A DNA stretch of 64,000 nt from Macrostomum hystrix (lineage: Eukaryota > Animalia > Platyhelminthes): contig CATNEN010000034.1 in assembly GCA_950097015.1 (NCBI GenBank), positions 5,208,001 to 5,272,000 of the forward strand, read 5' to 3'. The position numbers and the translations under genes are program-made. A model generated the notes under the pieces. It had not been told where the DNA came from and did no database searches. It saw nothing but the letters and a program-made list of their open reading frames with translations. This document shows, piece after piece, positions 13,001-24,472 of the stretch. Positions within the stretch are counted from its first letter, which is position 1. The number at the start of each line of letters is the position of its first letter.

Positions 13001-14251
13001 CAGAGACGAACTTGATAACGTTCTTATGGTTGATATGTTTCTACTATGAGTAGTCTCTGACACACCTTGCCATTGCCTTCAACCCCGCTGCAGTTCTACA
13101 AGGAGTTCTACCAGCTGGCCTCAAAGTTGGAAGATCCCGAGCAGCTGGGACTGGCCTGCGAGGCCCTGGCAGTGGCCTATGAGAAGTGAGCCTTGACATC
13201 GAGTTGCCCCTTTGGGCCCGATTCAAACAATAATCAAAATCAAATTAATCAAAATCAAAATTAATCAAACACAAACATTTCAACAGGCAGGGCAAAGTGG
13301 ACGCCAACGTGAAGTACCTGGAGGAGTTCGCCAAGGTCACCGAGGGCAAGCAGGACCGGCTGTTTAGCCGGGCGTGTCGCGGCCTCGGAGCCGCCTTTAA
13401 TAAGCAGGTGAGAGAGACGGACTGCATTTCAATGAGTTCAAAGTGTGAGCAAACGGGTCGCAGCGGGTCGGTGGCAGAGCGGTCTCACGCGTTTGCCTCT
13501 CGCACCAAGGTCCCAAAGCTCGATTCCCCGACGAGGCCACATTTATTTGGGGGCTTGTCGTGCAATATACGACCATTAGGGCCCATCCCCAAGGCACAGT
13601 GCGATTCTACACTGCCTGACGATGAGAAAGTCAGGGCAGATGTACACACCTGTGTGAGTGTGTCTTTAGGAGTCAGAGGAATCGCCTCTTCGCTGGCTGC
13701 GGGTCTATACTGTCACCAAATGATGTGCCATTTCCCGCAGCCCTCCTGCAAGTATTACAAATAATAATCGCAATAATTACACCCGAACTATTCAGGGTGA
13801 CTTCCAACGTGCAGCGGACTACTTCAGCAAGGCCTTCAGCGTCGCTCGCACCCTCCAGGACAAGGAGGACATCTACCTGACCCGCATGCAGTACGGCATC
13901 AGCCAGGCCTTCTCCTTCTTGTCGCCCTACACTGAGCAGCTGCGCTCCGCCACCCCAAAGTCTATGGCCAACCTGCTCACCTGGAAGGAGGTGCGCAAGA
14001 ACGAGGAGTTAAAGAAGCCGCCGGCCGACCGTCCGCCGGAGACGCTGGCCTCGCGCCGGCCAGCGGCTCGCCGACCTCCGGCGCACGTTCAGGCGGCCGA
14101 GGAGGCCGAGCGGAGGCGCGCCGCTGAAGCCGCAGCTGAAGCAGCCAAGGCGAAGGTGGCCGCCGAGATTGCAGCGGCAGCGAAGGCGGCGGCGCCAGCT
14201 CCAGCGGTACCGGCGGCGGACAAACCGGACTCGGGCAAGAAGGCCAAATAG
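7056..14251 (+). CDS. TTC29: Tetratricopeptide repeat protein 29; exons 7056-7231, 7797-8020, 8415-8893, 13094-13185, 13287-13407, 13796-14251 (~515 aa)
   Basis: All junctions are GT-AG and phase-consistent (total 1548 nt). Motifs DGFHRTFTEM, LWQIKPLEDQPEKL, DKWLSDHYYDRC, KLAEAHYNKGL, ACEALAR and LLTWKE match the TTC29 family (human DGYHKSFTEL, FWLQKPLEEQPDKL, DKWVRNHFYERC, LLSWKE). Confidence 0.9.
8063..8370 (-). mobile_element. tRNA-derived SINE copy 1 (5'-truncated), occupies most of TTC29 intron 2
   Basis: Reverse complement of the consensus seen at 13465-13765; (ATT)n-type tail at about 8063-8090. Confidence 0.85.
8903..9205. repeat. Minisatellite, 23 bp unit GACAGGTGTGCTGTTCTCTGAGT, starting right after the TTC29 exon 3 donor
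   Basis: About 12 tandem units. Confidence 0.95.
9245..12760 (-). mobile_element. Decayed non-LTR retrotransposon (LINE; APE endonuclease + RT + C-terminal Cys-rich motif), antisense in TTC29 intron 3
   Basis: Minus-strand fragments: EN (DIVFLCET, DDFNAR, STIDY; 12760-11668), RT (KAAGVDGISNE, YRPISVL, KSAFDMV, GVRQGCPLSPLLF, CCDD; 11628-10794) and C-terminus (RFRLGNHKL...RTCPKC..VENE; 10392-9811). It has several frameshifts and stops, and catalytic residues are mutated (SDH to SKH, motif A Asp to Gly, YADD to CCDD). A possible (AAT)n tail lies at about 9210-9245. Clade (CR1/L2/RTE-X groups) not resolved; ends approximate. Confidence 0.9.
13465..13770 (+). mobile_element. tRNA-derived SINE copy 2, occupies most of TTC29 intron 5
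   Basis: Head with A box TGGCAGAGCGG (13472-13482) and B-box-like GCTCGATTCC (13518-13527), conserved body hairpin, and 3' CCCTCCTGCAA followed by an AT-rich tail. Confidence 0.88.
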
Positions 14252-15078
14252 GTGGCTTCGACTCGACGCGCTGTTTTAACTTTCGCTCTGACAGTTTTCC
14301 GCCGCTGCTCTCTCCCTGTTGCATCTGGTGTTCTCCGTGTGTGACACCTCCGTGTGTCAGGAGGTGTCATTGAAGGGAAGTCTAGCTGGCGGCTTACGTT
14401 AAAAAAGCACTATATATTAGTCAGTACATTTGTACCTTATGAGTTCGCGTGTCCTATGACACGTGTACTTTTGGTATATATGTACTTTGCAGATAAACAT
14501 GGGCCTTTTAGAACTTTTGTACTTTATGAGTGATTACATATGTACTTTAGCAGTGCCTGTGTACTTAATGAGTGCATATGTACTTTAGTAGTTCCTGTGT
14601 ACTTTATGAGTGCATATGTACTTTTTAAGTAAATATGTGCTTTTTAGTACTTGGACAACTCTATTAATTCATATGCACTTCAGTCTATAATATTCGACCA
14701 GTTAGAACCAAGCCAAATTGAAAATGCGTCGGGGCCGTTTACACCTCTGCTTATACTCGTATTGCTCTTGTCTGAAAAAATAATTCGCACCATATATTTT
14801 GATTGCAAATTGACAAACCGAGCGATTATTAACATTCTACTAGACAAGTAGCTGAAAATGTTTCGTGTTGAAAAAGCTGTTTGACGTAAATTGCTAATTT
14901 AATAAAAAAACTTATTATGTACATCAATTTGCTACTAAATAAAGTAAGGAGAGCGTCTAAATAATTGGATTTTTTTCTCTACTATTCAATTCGACAACAT
15001 GTTTTGTGTTCTTATTTTTTCTAGGTAGAATTTTAATCAATAATGACCAAGTGTACTCTAGTGTCATAAATTTTACAA

Positions 15079-15407
15079 GGGGGTCGGTGGGACAGCCTCT
15101 CGTTTGCCTCTCGCACCATGGTCCCTAAGCTCGATTCCGCGGCGAGGCCACATTCATCTGTGGCGCAACCGCGGAGAGAAGACTTGGGCTTATCATGCAA
15201 TTTACGCCCTTGAGGGCCAACCTCCAAAGATAGTGAGTGTACACTGCCTGACGAAGAGAAACTTAGGGCAGATGTACACACCTGTGTGAGCGTGTGCCTG
15301 TGTTCGGTATCTGTGTGCGTGTGTGCTCAGGAGTCAGCCTAAAGGGCAGAATCGCCTCAGCACTGGCTGCGGGTCGAGTGTCACAAATGATGTGTCAGCA
15401 TGCTGCA

Positions 15408-15462
<55 letters not shown>
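15079..15462 (+). mobile_element. tRNA-derived SINE copy 3 with long (ATT)n tail, between TTC29 and WDR88
   Basis: Same head and body as 13465-13770; tail of about 18 ATT units ends at 15462. Confidence 0.88.
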
Positions 15463-15463
<1 letters not shown>

Positions 15464-15505
15464 GTCGTAGACAACATTCTGGGCCGCATTCCAGCTGCTG
15501 CAGCT

Positions 15506-18342
15506 ATGCTCACCGAGCTCGAAGAGGAGCCAGCAGCGGAACCGGAAACTCAGACGGAAGCTAAGCCGGAAACGGTCGATGCTCAATCCACCGATGCCGA
15601 GTCGCAGATCCAGCTGACGGTGCTGTCTGGCCACACCGGCAGTGTCCGAAGCTGCTGCTTCATTCGGCGCGACACCTGCGCCCTATCGGCCAGCTGGGAC
15701 GGCACCGCCCGCCTCTGGGATGTCGGCACCGGGCGACAGTTGCGCTGCCTGAGCGGCCACGGCGGCGCCAGGCTCAGCTGCGCCCGCGGTGATCCGGACG
15801 GCAGCCGGGCCGTATCCGCCGGCTGGGATAAATCCCTGTCCGTGTGGGATCTAGAGACTGGCAGTCGGCTGTGGCGTGGCGAACTTGGCGGCGTGGTTAG
15901 CGACGCGAGGTTCTCGGGCGGAGGTGGCGGCAATCAGCTGGTCACGGCATCGGATCTGGACTATAATATGCAGGTAAGCCGTGTCCGCTACGGACCAGTC
16001 CTGCTGAGAATTATGGGCAGTCTGTTGGCAATCACGCTCATTCCGCTGTCCCCTGAGCAGACACAGGCACACACTCACACAGGTGTGTACATCCACTCTG
16101 ACTTTCTCATCGTCAGGCAGTGTACACCGTTTTTGAGATGCCGACTGGGCGCTTTAGTTGAAGGTCCCGACAGTCGCTGCCAATGCTCTAGACGGCGATG
16201 AAGAGGACCCTGGGTGCATGGAATGTTGAGAACAAAAGTCCCTGCAATTGATTGACATAGTCTGTGAAGCCGACATGGTTCCATGATGAAAATTTGTGAG
16301 CAGAAATGTTATGCCTATAGTGGTGGTTTTTGCCACCACACACATCGACGTGAAGCTTTGAATATCTCGAGTTTGCCTATGTTTTGTGATTCTAAAAGTT
16401 GCTTTATCGGATAGAGCGGTAAATATTCTAGATTTTCATGGCGACTGATTCACCTAGCCCAAATTTATGTGTTGACTACTCTCAGTAGCGTTAAAAACCG
16501 GCTGCCTTCTTCCGTGTTTATTATGACTTCAATTTGTATTTCCCGAGCTTGTTTTTTTATTGTAGGACACTCAGTTTCAACAATAATCTCTCCCACTGAA
16601 CTGCTACAGGTGTGGGACACACGCACCTGCAACGTAGTCCAGCTCATTCGCGGTGTCCACAGGTCCAGCCTGACCACCTGTCGCTTCATGCTGGGCGATC
16701 AACGGATTCTGTCAACTTCTGTGGACTTTACCTGCAAAGTCTACGATCTAAGGGCCATGGGTGTCACATTGGCCTTCGCCGACCATAAGAATGTGGTCTC
16801 GTCGGCCAGTCTGTCAGCAGACGAGAGATCCCTAGCAACCTGCTCGTGGGATAAACGAATTCTGCTGTACGACATCTCCACAGGCATGTACCGCTCGCAT
16901 GGTCCAAAGGTAATTGACTAGATTGATTGGTCTAATAAACTTTCTTATATTAGACTTACAGATATCGCAGACTAGATTTCCGACGTCAGATAATACCGTA
17001 TTACACTTAACATTTTCCGCCTTTGCGACAAACTAACTTTCAAAGCCATCCGACGTCAGCATCGTTGAGATCTCGTAGTCTTCTGAAAAAAAATTTTTCC
17101 TGTCTTCTCTTTATAAAAGACATTAACAACTGATTACATTTTTTTGTTCTAAAGCCATCTTGCAAGCCTATTTAATTGCAACAAAGTGACTTTAATCTGA
17201 CAACTCCTGGCAAAGTATGACAGCCAATCAATTAATCAAATGCTGCCTCTCTGTCTCCTATAAAACAGTCTCCCAAACTGCTAGCGGGCGGACGTGTCTT
17301 TATCATGACGTGCGTGTGCAGGCATTCCTTTTTACAGCGCCCCAGATTTCTCCTCACGAGTTTTCTCCTGTTCCCCATTCTGGACTTGGAATATTTTCAG
17401 ATATTTTTTTGTGTTTAGATAAATCAATATTTCGTATTTCGAATGGTTTTTGGGCGTATACTTTGGGGGCCATGTATGATAAAATATAAATATTTGCAGC
17501 AGGAGGCAGTTCTGTCAGTTTCGCTGACTCCTGAGAACACAAACACAGATACTGTACGCAGGCACACGCTCACACAGGTGTGTACATCTGCCCTGACTTT
17601 TCCATCGTTGGGCAGTGTACACTCTCACACTGCCTCAAGGGCGGAGATTGCACGAAAAAGCCCTCAAAGCCTTCTCTCCGCGGCTGCGCCCCAAATGAAT
17701 GTGGCCTCGCCGCGGAATCGAGCTCGAGGGACCTTGGCGCGAGAGGCAAACGCGTTAGACCGCTCTTCCAAAAGCCCCAGACATTTAATGTATGGCTACG
17801 CCATGTATTGTGGCATGGTGAGAATTTGCTTCCACTTGATACCATGCAGTCGCATTCTTCCTGGTTGTTAACGATAGTCCCGCATTCCTAACTAACCCGC
17901 CCAGGGCTTTGAAGAGAACCACGAAGGCAGCATCAGCAGCTGCTGCTTATCAACTGACGGCGCCAAATTAGTCAGCGGCTCCTACGACAACTCGGTGATG
18001 GTCTGGGACGCTGAGAATGGCATCCGGGAGATCCGCCTTCAGGGCCACGACGACTGGGTCGAGGATGTCTGCCTCAGCTCCGACAGTGCCTGGCTGCTCT
18101 CGGCCTCCAAGGACGCCACCCTCCGCCTGTGGAACATGGAGCGGATGGACGAGCTGCCAGCCGTAGCCGAGAGCCGCGCCCAGCACGGCGTACACATGAA
18201 GGCCTGCGACACCTGCGGCAAGACGTTTAGCCTGGCCGGAAATTTGAGCGCCACCCAGTGCGTCTTCTGTCGCATTATCGACCGGAGTAGGCGCGAGACG
18301 GACATTGCTAAGACCATCGGATTGGACTTGCGCATTTATTAG
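15506..18342 (+). CDS. WDR88: WD repeat-containing protein 88; exons 15506-15973, 16610-16909, 17905-18342 (~401 aa)
   Basis: Multiple GH...WD repeats, WDLETGSRLW, LQGHDDWVEDV..S....WLLSASKD.T.RLWN and C-terminal CxxC...QCVFCRI match WDR88 (human WDLETGKLLW, LKGHNDWVMDV, QCVFCRI). Junctions are phase-0 GT-AG; branch point ACTAAC near 17890. Confidence 0.88.
16040..16128 (-). mobile_element. tRNA-derived SINE copy 4 (internal fragment), WDR88 intron 1
   Basis: Contains GTGTACATCCACTCTGACTTTCTCATCGTCAGGCAGTGTACAC, the reverse complement of the SINE body hairpin. Confidence 0.75.
17490..17782 (-). mobile_element. tRNA-derived SINE copy 5, WDR88 intron 2
   Basis: Reverse complement of the consensus; head reads GGAAGAGCGGTCTAACGCGTTTGCCTCTCGC on the minus strand. 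Confidence 0.85.
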
Positions 18343-18546
18343 TGTCTGACGTATTGAATCTGCCACGTGTACTTTTCGATGTTCTTAGAAAAAATATAAA
18401 TAATCAAAAATGTGACACTAACTTTTATTTTGTACAGCATTTCGTTCAATTGTAGTCTTATGAGCAAAACAAGCAGCTTTAAATTTCTTTTTTTAATCAT
18501 TTGTGAATGAATAGGCAGACTTCAGTTGGTGCTACTAAAATTTTCT

Positions 18547-18853
18547 ACTGAGCCGATGTACATTCATTGTGGAGAAGGAAAGAAACAATAAAGGTTTAAA
18601 ATTCTGGAAGCCTCAGTGTACATCACTGGGCCAATGCACATTCCGTGCGGGGAAGGAAATAAACCATAAAGATTTAAAATTCAGGAATCCTCAGTGTACA
18701 TCACTGGACCGATGTACATTCGGTGCGGGAAAGGAAAGAAAGATAAAGATTTCTAATTCTGCCTCAGTGTACATCACTGGACCGATGTACATTCGGTGCG
18801 GGGAAGGAAAGAAAGATAAAGATTTTTAATTCTGCCTCAGTGTACATCACTGG
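18547..18853. repeat. Tandem repeat, ~74-78 bp unit with internal hairpin (TGTACATC-actggacc-GATGTACA), ~4 copies
   Basis: CTCAGTGTACATCACTGG recurs four times at about 75 bp spacing with similar intervening sequence. Confidence 0.85.
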
Positions 18854-18949
18854 GCCTGTGAAAAATAGAAACGCTAACTTATATTCCTATTAAAGCAATA
18901 AACTAACATTTGTTCGACTGCTCTAGTTAAAAAATAATGCCATCAGGCA

Positions 18950-19330
18950 AGAATTTCAGGCATCAATAATTTTCTTAGCTGTTTTTAATGCAAGTCCTGC
19001 AAAGTATAATCGCATTGCTAAAAAGTGATAGTTCAACTTCCTCGATGGGAGCTCTATATAACGGTGTTCCTCTGACTCTTTTGTGATCGTATTTCGATGC
19101 TCCTTCATGCACAAATCATGTACAATGGTCCCTATTATACCATCTATTGTGTGCATACAGCATCGACACTTGAGCCCCCCCACGGCCGGAAGCGATAAAC
19201 GAGTTCCTGAACCTATTGTTGTCCCGGGGCTTTTCCTCCTTCCAGCAATCGCCACCTGCAAGCTGCAACGGGGTCGGGTGGTTGTTCAAACCTTGCTTCC
19301 TGTTCTCCAAATAGAACCGAAAGGCTATAG
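18950..19330 (-). pseudogene. Probable relic of a P-element/THAP9-type transposase C-terminal region
   Basis: Minus-strand fragments GLNNHPTPLQL (cf. conserved GGxNNNPTxLQF), LKCRCC and HRYIEL..KL..HFLAMRLYF, split across frames. Recognised from memory only; needs an HMM check. Confidence 0.4.
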
Positions 19331-21327
19331 AAAATATGTTTATATAATAAAACTCTGTTGGTATGGGAATATATTAACCTGAGTTACTTACACTTTATAC
19401 ATGAGTGCAGGGCACACTCTCAGCATGATAGCGAGAATTCGTTTAATTAGTCGAACATCGAGTTGAGCAGTCTTTCCTCCTATAGCGCGCGGGTTCTGTT
19501 CCCCCCCCATTATTTCTAATTCTGTGCTCCCCACGCATAGTTCCTACCTCCATGAGTATCAGCTCTGAATAGCTTGGCGCAAAGAAAATGTTGTGTGCGT
19601 ATGCGGGGCATAGGTCGAGGCTAGTTTAACACTCCTCAGACTCATTCCTCATTTGCCTGTCCACTCCCCCCCCCCTTTGACGGTCGCATGTGTGTTGACA
19701 GTTCTGCCCAATCTTTCTTCCCCTCCTTCGCTCTAATCTCTTAGACTCCACTTCTTTGATGATAGTAACACCTACTAAAGAGTTTTGTAGAAAATCTTCT
19801 TCTTCTTCTTTATTTACGAATACTGTTTTATGAAATTTACAATTTCAGAGTCCCTTGAGCTGTCATGCGTTGTTAGGTGGAACTTCAGGTAGCTGGGACG
19901 CTTTGATTAACGGACGGTTGCAGTAGAAGGGCGCTTCCACATTGAAATATCTGAGTAACCTTTCATGGGCTTACTCGTGAGGTTATGCTTTTTGAGCATG
20001 GCTTGATTATGCTTGTGAGTACGATTTCAATTGAGTATTCTAGTGAGTATGACTTGAGTACTTGTATAATCGCGAGTATAGTTTGAGAATACTTGTGAGT
20101 ATGATTTGAGTTGAATATTCTCGTGAGTATGACATGAGTATACTTGCGAGTATAGTTTAAGTATTGCTAGTGAGTACGCTTGTGAGTACGCTTGTGAGTA
20201 TGGTTTGAGTTGTTGTTAGCATTATTTGAGAATACTTGTCAGTATGGTTAAAGTATACTTTTGAGTATGGATAGAGCATATTTGTGAATATGCATTTAGT
20301 ATGTTTCTCGTCATCTCATAAAGGAATTTGAGCCTTGTCCTTCTAGACTTCTTAGCGCAAATCTGAAAATCATGCAGCATGATTAGCTGTCTCATTTTTT
20401 GCCTACCTACGAGTACATCATCCTAATCCATTTCTTCATAGTACAAGCCTGTGTTCTAGCTCGCATTTAAGCCTGGAGGCCGGCTGTGCATGAAGGCTGA
20501 CTGAAATTGATTTTCTAAGCTTATATTCTATTCGAATAAGGACTTTGTTCGCGACATGCCCAACAACAACAATTGGTAAAGCATGATAATACGAGCGTAG
20601 TTGTGAATGCAACAAATGTCAGACAGATTTTTCCCGAGTTGAAAGCATTGATAAAACATTTATCTGCGCTATCGATAAATAATGATATTTTCGGGACTAT
20701 TATAGCTAATTTTCGAAATTCAATAACTATGCCTTACCTCAATATCATTCCTATTAACTTCCCTATAATGTCCCCCCATTGGTTTTAATCACTGGGTAGC
20801 GAGAGGTCAGTAGTTGGAATTTCGATCCAGAAGAAAATTCTGTCCTTTACTTTCATTGCTTTTGTAGCATAAGAAACTAGTTAGATCACAACTCAAAGAT
20901 TTGAATCTTTGACGCAAAATGAATGAGAACCAGAGTCTGGCACTCAATGAGAGTAGGTTGAGAATTGATGCTCAAAAATGCTAGACCAGAGAACTCTGAG
21001 CTTTCTATTCAACCTGTTCCTATTCTTCTTGTCATTGCCCGGCAACTACATATATGGATGGCTATCTTATGTACTGTTTATGTAGTAACCTAGTCTTTAT
21101 TAAGAATCTAATTGTTACAATTCATAGCTAATTCCTCATATTAAATATTTTATTCTAAAGCTCATCATTCATCGTCGCTTATGAATTCATTCTTCATGCC
21201 TCATTCATACGCTCGCATTTTTTGTCCTTCATTCTTCATAAATTGTTCTTACTCTTTAATTATTGATGATTCAGTCTAAATATGTCACATTTCATTGTTA
21301 ATCGTTCATTCTTTATGATTCACGATT

Positions 21328-22566
21328 AATTCATTCTCCATCGCTAATTATTCATTCTCCATCGCTAATTATTCATTCTCCATCGCTAATTATTCATTCT
21401 CCATCGCTAATTATTCATTCTCCATTGCTAATTATTCATTCTCCATCGCTAATTTTTCATTCTCCATCGCTAATTTTTCATTCTCCATTGCTAATTATTC
21501 ATTCTCCATCGCTAATTATTCATTCTCCATTGCTAATTATTCATTCTCCATCGCTAATTATTCATTCTCCATCGCTAATTATTCATTCTCCATCGCTAAT
21601 TATTCATTCTCCATCGCTAATTATTCATTCTCCATCGCTAATTATTCATTCTCCATCGCTAATTATTCATTCTCCATCGCTAATTATTCATTCTCCATCG
21701 CTAATTATTCATTCTCCATCGCTAGTTATTCATTCTCCATCGCTAATTATTCATTCTCCATTGCTAGTTATTCATTCTCCATCGCTAATTATTCATTCTC
21801 CATCGCTAATTATTCATTCTCCATCGCTAGTTATTCATTCTCCATCGCTAGTTATTCATTCTCCATCGCTAATTATTCATTCTCCATCGCTAATTATTCA
21901 TTCTCCATCGCTAATTATTCATTCTCCATCGCTAATTATTCATTCTCCATCGCTAAGTATTCATTCTCCATCGCTAATTATTCATTCTCCATCGCTAAGT
22001 ATTCATTCTCAATTGCTAATTATTCATTCTCCATCGCTAATTATTCATTCTCCATCGCTAGTTATTCATTCTCCATCGCTAATTATTCATTCTCCATCGC
22101 TAAGTATTCATTCTCAATTGCTAATTATTCATTCTCCATCGCTAATTATTCATTCTCCATCGCTAATTATTCATTCTCCATCGCTAGTTATTCATTCTCC
22201 ATCGCTAATTATTCATTCTCCATCGCTAATTATTCATTCTCCATCGCTAGTTATTCATTCTCCATCGCTAGTTATTCATTCTCCATCGCTAATTATTCAT
22301 TCTCCATCGCTAGTTATTCATTCTCCATCGCTAGTTATTCATTCTCCATCGCTAATTATTCATTCTCCATCGCTAATTATTCATTCTCCATCGCTAGTTA
22401 TTCATTCTCCATCGCTAGTTATTCATTCTCCATCGCTAATTATTCATTCTCCATCGCTAGTTATTCATTCTCCATCGCTAGTTATTCATTCTCCATCGCT
22501 AATTATTCATTCTCCATCGCTAATTATTCATTCTCCATCGCTAGTTATTCATTCTCCATTGCTAAT
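21328..22566. repeat. Minisatellite, 21 bp unit ATTATTCATTCTCCATCGCTA
   Basis: About 58 tandem units; the source of the artefactual LIIHSPS ORF. Confidence 0.97.
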
Positions 22567-23294
22567 TCTTTATTATTTATTCCTTTTGATGACATTTAGA
22601 CGCACGTAGGATACATGCTTTTGTACATTCAGTGCGCAATAATGTCGCTCTAGTTCATAGACTATAGCTAAGTACGAGATTACATTCAAGGAATAGCTTA
22701 GTCAAACATTTTTGTCTATGGTAGGAAGTGGGGGCCACACCTCCTTCTCAATCTTCCCCTCGCGGTTATTACCCATAGACTAAAGCACATAGTAAAATTT
22801 TTTCTGCAACATATTTAGTGTTAATGTCATTACAGATATTGAGCGAAAATATATCATTAGTTTCAATTCAAAACCTTGATTGCCTAACTTCATACAGTTT
22901 TCTCACAGAAAATTCATTCAAATGTAGATTTTTCTTGAACTCAAAGTGCTGTATATTGACTCCGACTTCCATCTGTCTCTAAGGCAGTCTGTGTGTCACT
23001 CATTTATCTCCTTTCAGCCTCTCTCTCCCTCCTTCTCCATTTCGGCCTCTCAGCTCTAACTAATTCCAATTGCAAGTGTCCTGCGCAATCCAATTTGCAA
23101 GTTAAACTGAGTTGAGCAAATTTCAGATTCTACTCGAAGTGAGGAATTCTAGCTAGCATTGTTGCAGTGCCTGCTGCAGCTGAGCTGTCCTGGCCACCGG
23201 ACTGTCCGACCTGCGCTTTTTGTTGCTTTGGAATTCGAAAATATGTACTTTTACGGCAAGATAGCAAGCAGCTGGCGGCTAGAAGGGTCATTGT

Positions 23295-24005
23295 CTCTGT
23301 CTCCTTCTCTGCCTCCTTCTCTGTCTCCTTCTTTGCCTCCTTCTACGTCTCCTTCTATGTCTCCTTCTCTGCCTCCTTCTCTGCCTCCTTCTATGTCTCC
23401 TTCTCTGTCTCCTTCTCTGCCTCCTTCTCTGCCCCTTCTATGCCTCCTTCTATGTCTCCATCTCTGCCTCCTTCTCTGCCTCCTTCTCTGCCTCCTTCTC
23501 TGCCTCCTTCTCTGCCTCCTTCTCTGCCTCCTTCTCTGCCTCCTTCTCTGCCTCCTTCTCTGCCTCCTTCTCTGCCTCCTTCTCTGCCTCCTTCTCTGCC
23601 TCCTTCTATGCCTCCTTCTATGTCTCCATCTCTGCCTCCTTCTCTGCCCCTTCTATGCCTCCTTCTATGTCTCCATCTCTGCCTCCTTCTCTGCCTCCTT
23701 CTCTGCCTCCTTCGCTGCCTCCTTCTCTGCCTCCTTCTCTGCCTCCTTCTCTGCCTCCTTCTCTGCCTCCTTCTCTGCCTCCTTCTCTGCCTCCATCTCT
23801 GCCTCCTTCTCTGTCTCCTTCTCTGTCTCCTTCTCTGTCTCCTTCTCTGCCTCCTTCTCTGCCTCCTTCTCTGCCTCCTTCTCTGCCTCCTTCTCTGTCT
23901 CCTTCTCTGCCTCCTTCTCTGCCTCCTTCTCTGCCTCCTTCTCTGTCTCCTTCTCTGCCTCCTTCTCTGTCTCCTTCTCTGTCATATTCTCGGCCTCCTT
24001 CTCTT
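23295..24005. repeat. Minisatellite, 12 bp unit CTCCTTCTCTGC
   Basis: Tandem pyrimidine-rich units. Confidence 0.97.
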
Positions 24006-24383
24006 CCTTTATCTCAATTCTTAAATTGGGGGAGGAACCCTAGCTTCACTAGAGAGGCCTAGTGTAGGCAAAAAAGTGTCGTAAAAAGAGTTTCGCGAGC
24101 CATCCCGCGTTGGTTGGGTGGGATTGCTTGTCCCCCATAGGCCGGGGCTGGTTGTTGGCTGCCGTTGTTGAGGAAATAAAAGTCAAAGCGATGCTTCGAG
24201 TAGTCGCAAGAAAAATTGGTCAGCAACACTAATTGGATACTAAAGACTGAAAAATCTGTTAGTAAGCCTCTCCATGAACCACGGCCGTGGTCAGAGCTTT
24301 GGCGCCGGAAGTATTCTAGAGGTTCCAATCTCGTTCTATGAGGATGTGTACCAAGGTAGGCTGAACTACTGGCTTATGGGATT

Positions 24384-24431
<48 letters not shown>

Positions 24432-24432
24432 T

Positions 24433-24467
<35 letters not shown>

Positions 24468-24472
24468 CATAG
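24384..24472. repeat. (GATA)n microsatellite
   Basis: About 21 GATA units. Confidence 0.97.

Noticed and set aside
13465-13540. tRNA gene
   Set aside because: A and B boxes are present but there is no full cloverleaf or poly-T terminator; it continues into the SINE body and recurs in several copies.
15323-15505. Poly-Tyr N-terminal extension of WDR88 in the ORF track
   Set aside because: This is the SINE (ATT)n tail read from a GTG start; the likely start is ATG 15506.
18547-18853. CRISPR-like appearance (palindromic repeat with intervening sequence)
   Set aside because: The intervening segments are near-identical rather than unique, there are no cas genes, and the context is eukaryotic.
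21425-22609. 394-aa ORF of LIIHSPS repeats
   Set aside because: Artefact of a stop-free 21-bp minisatellite; no splice context or unique domain.
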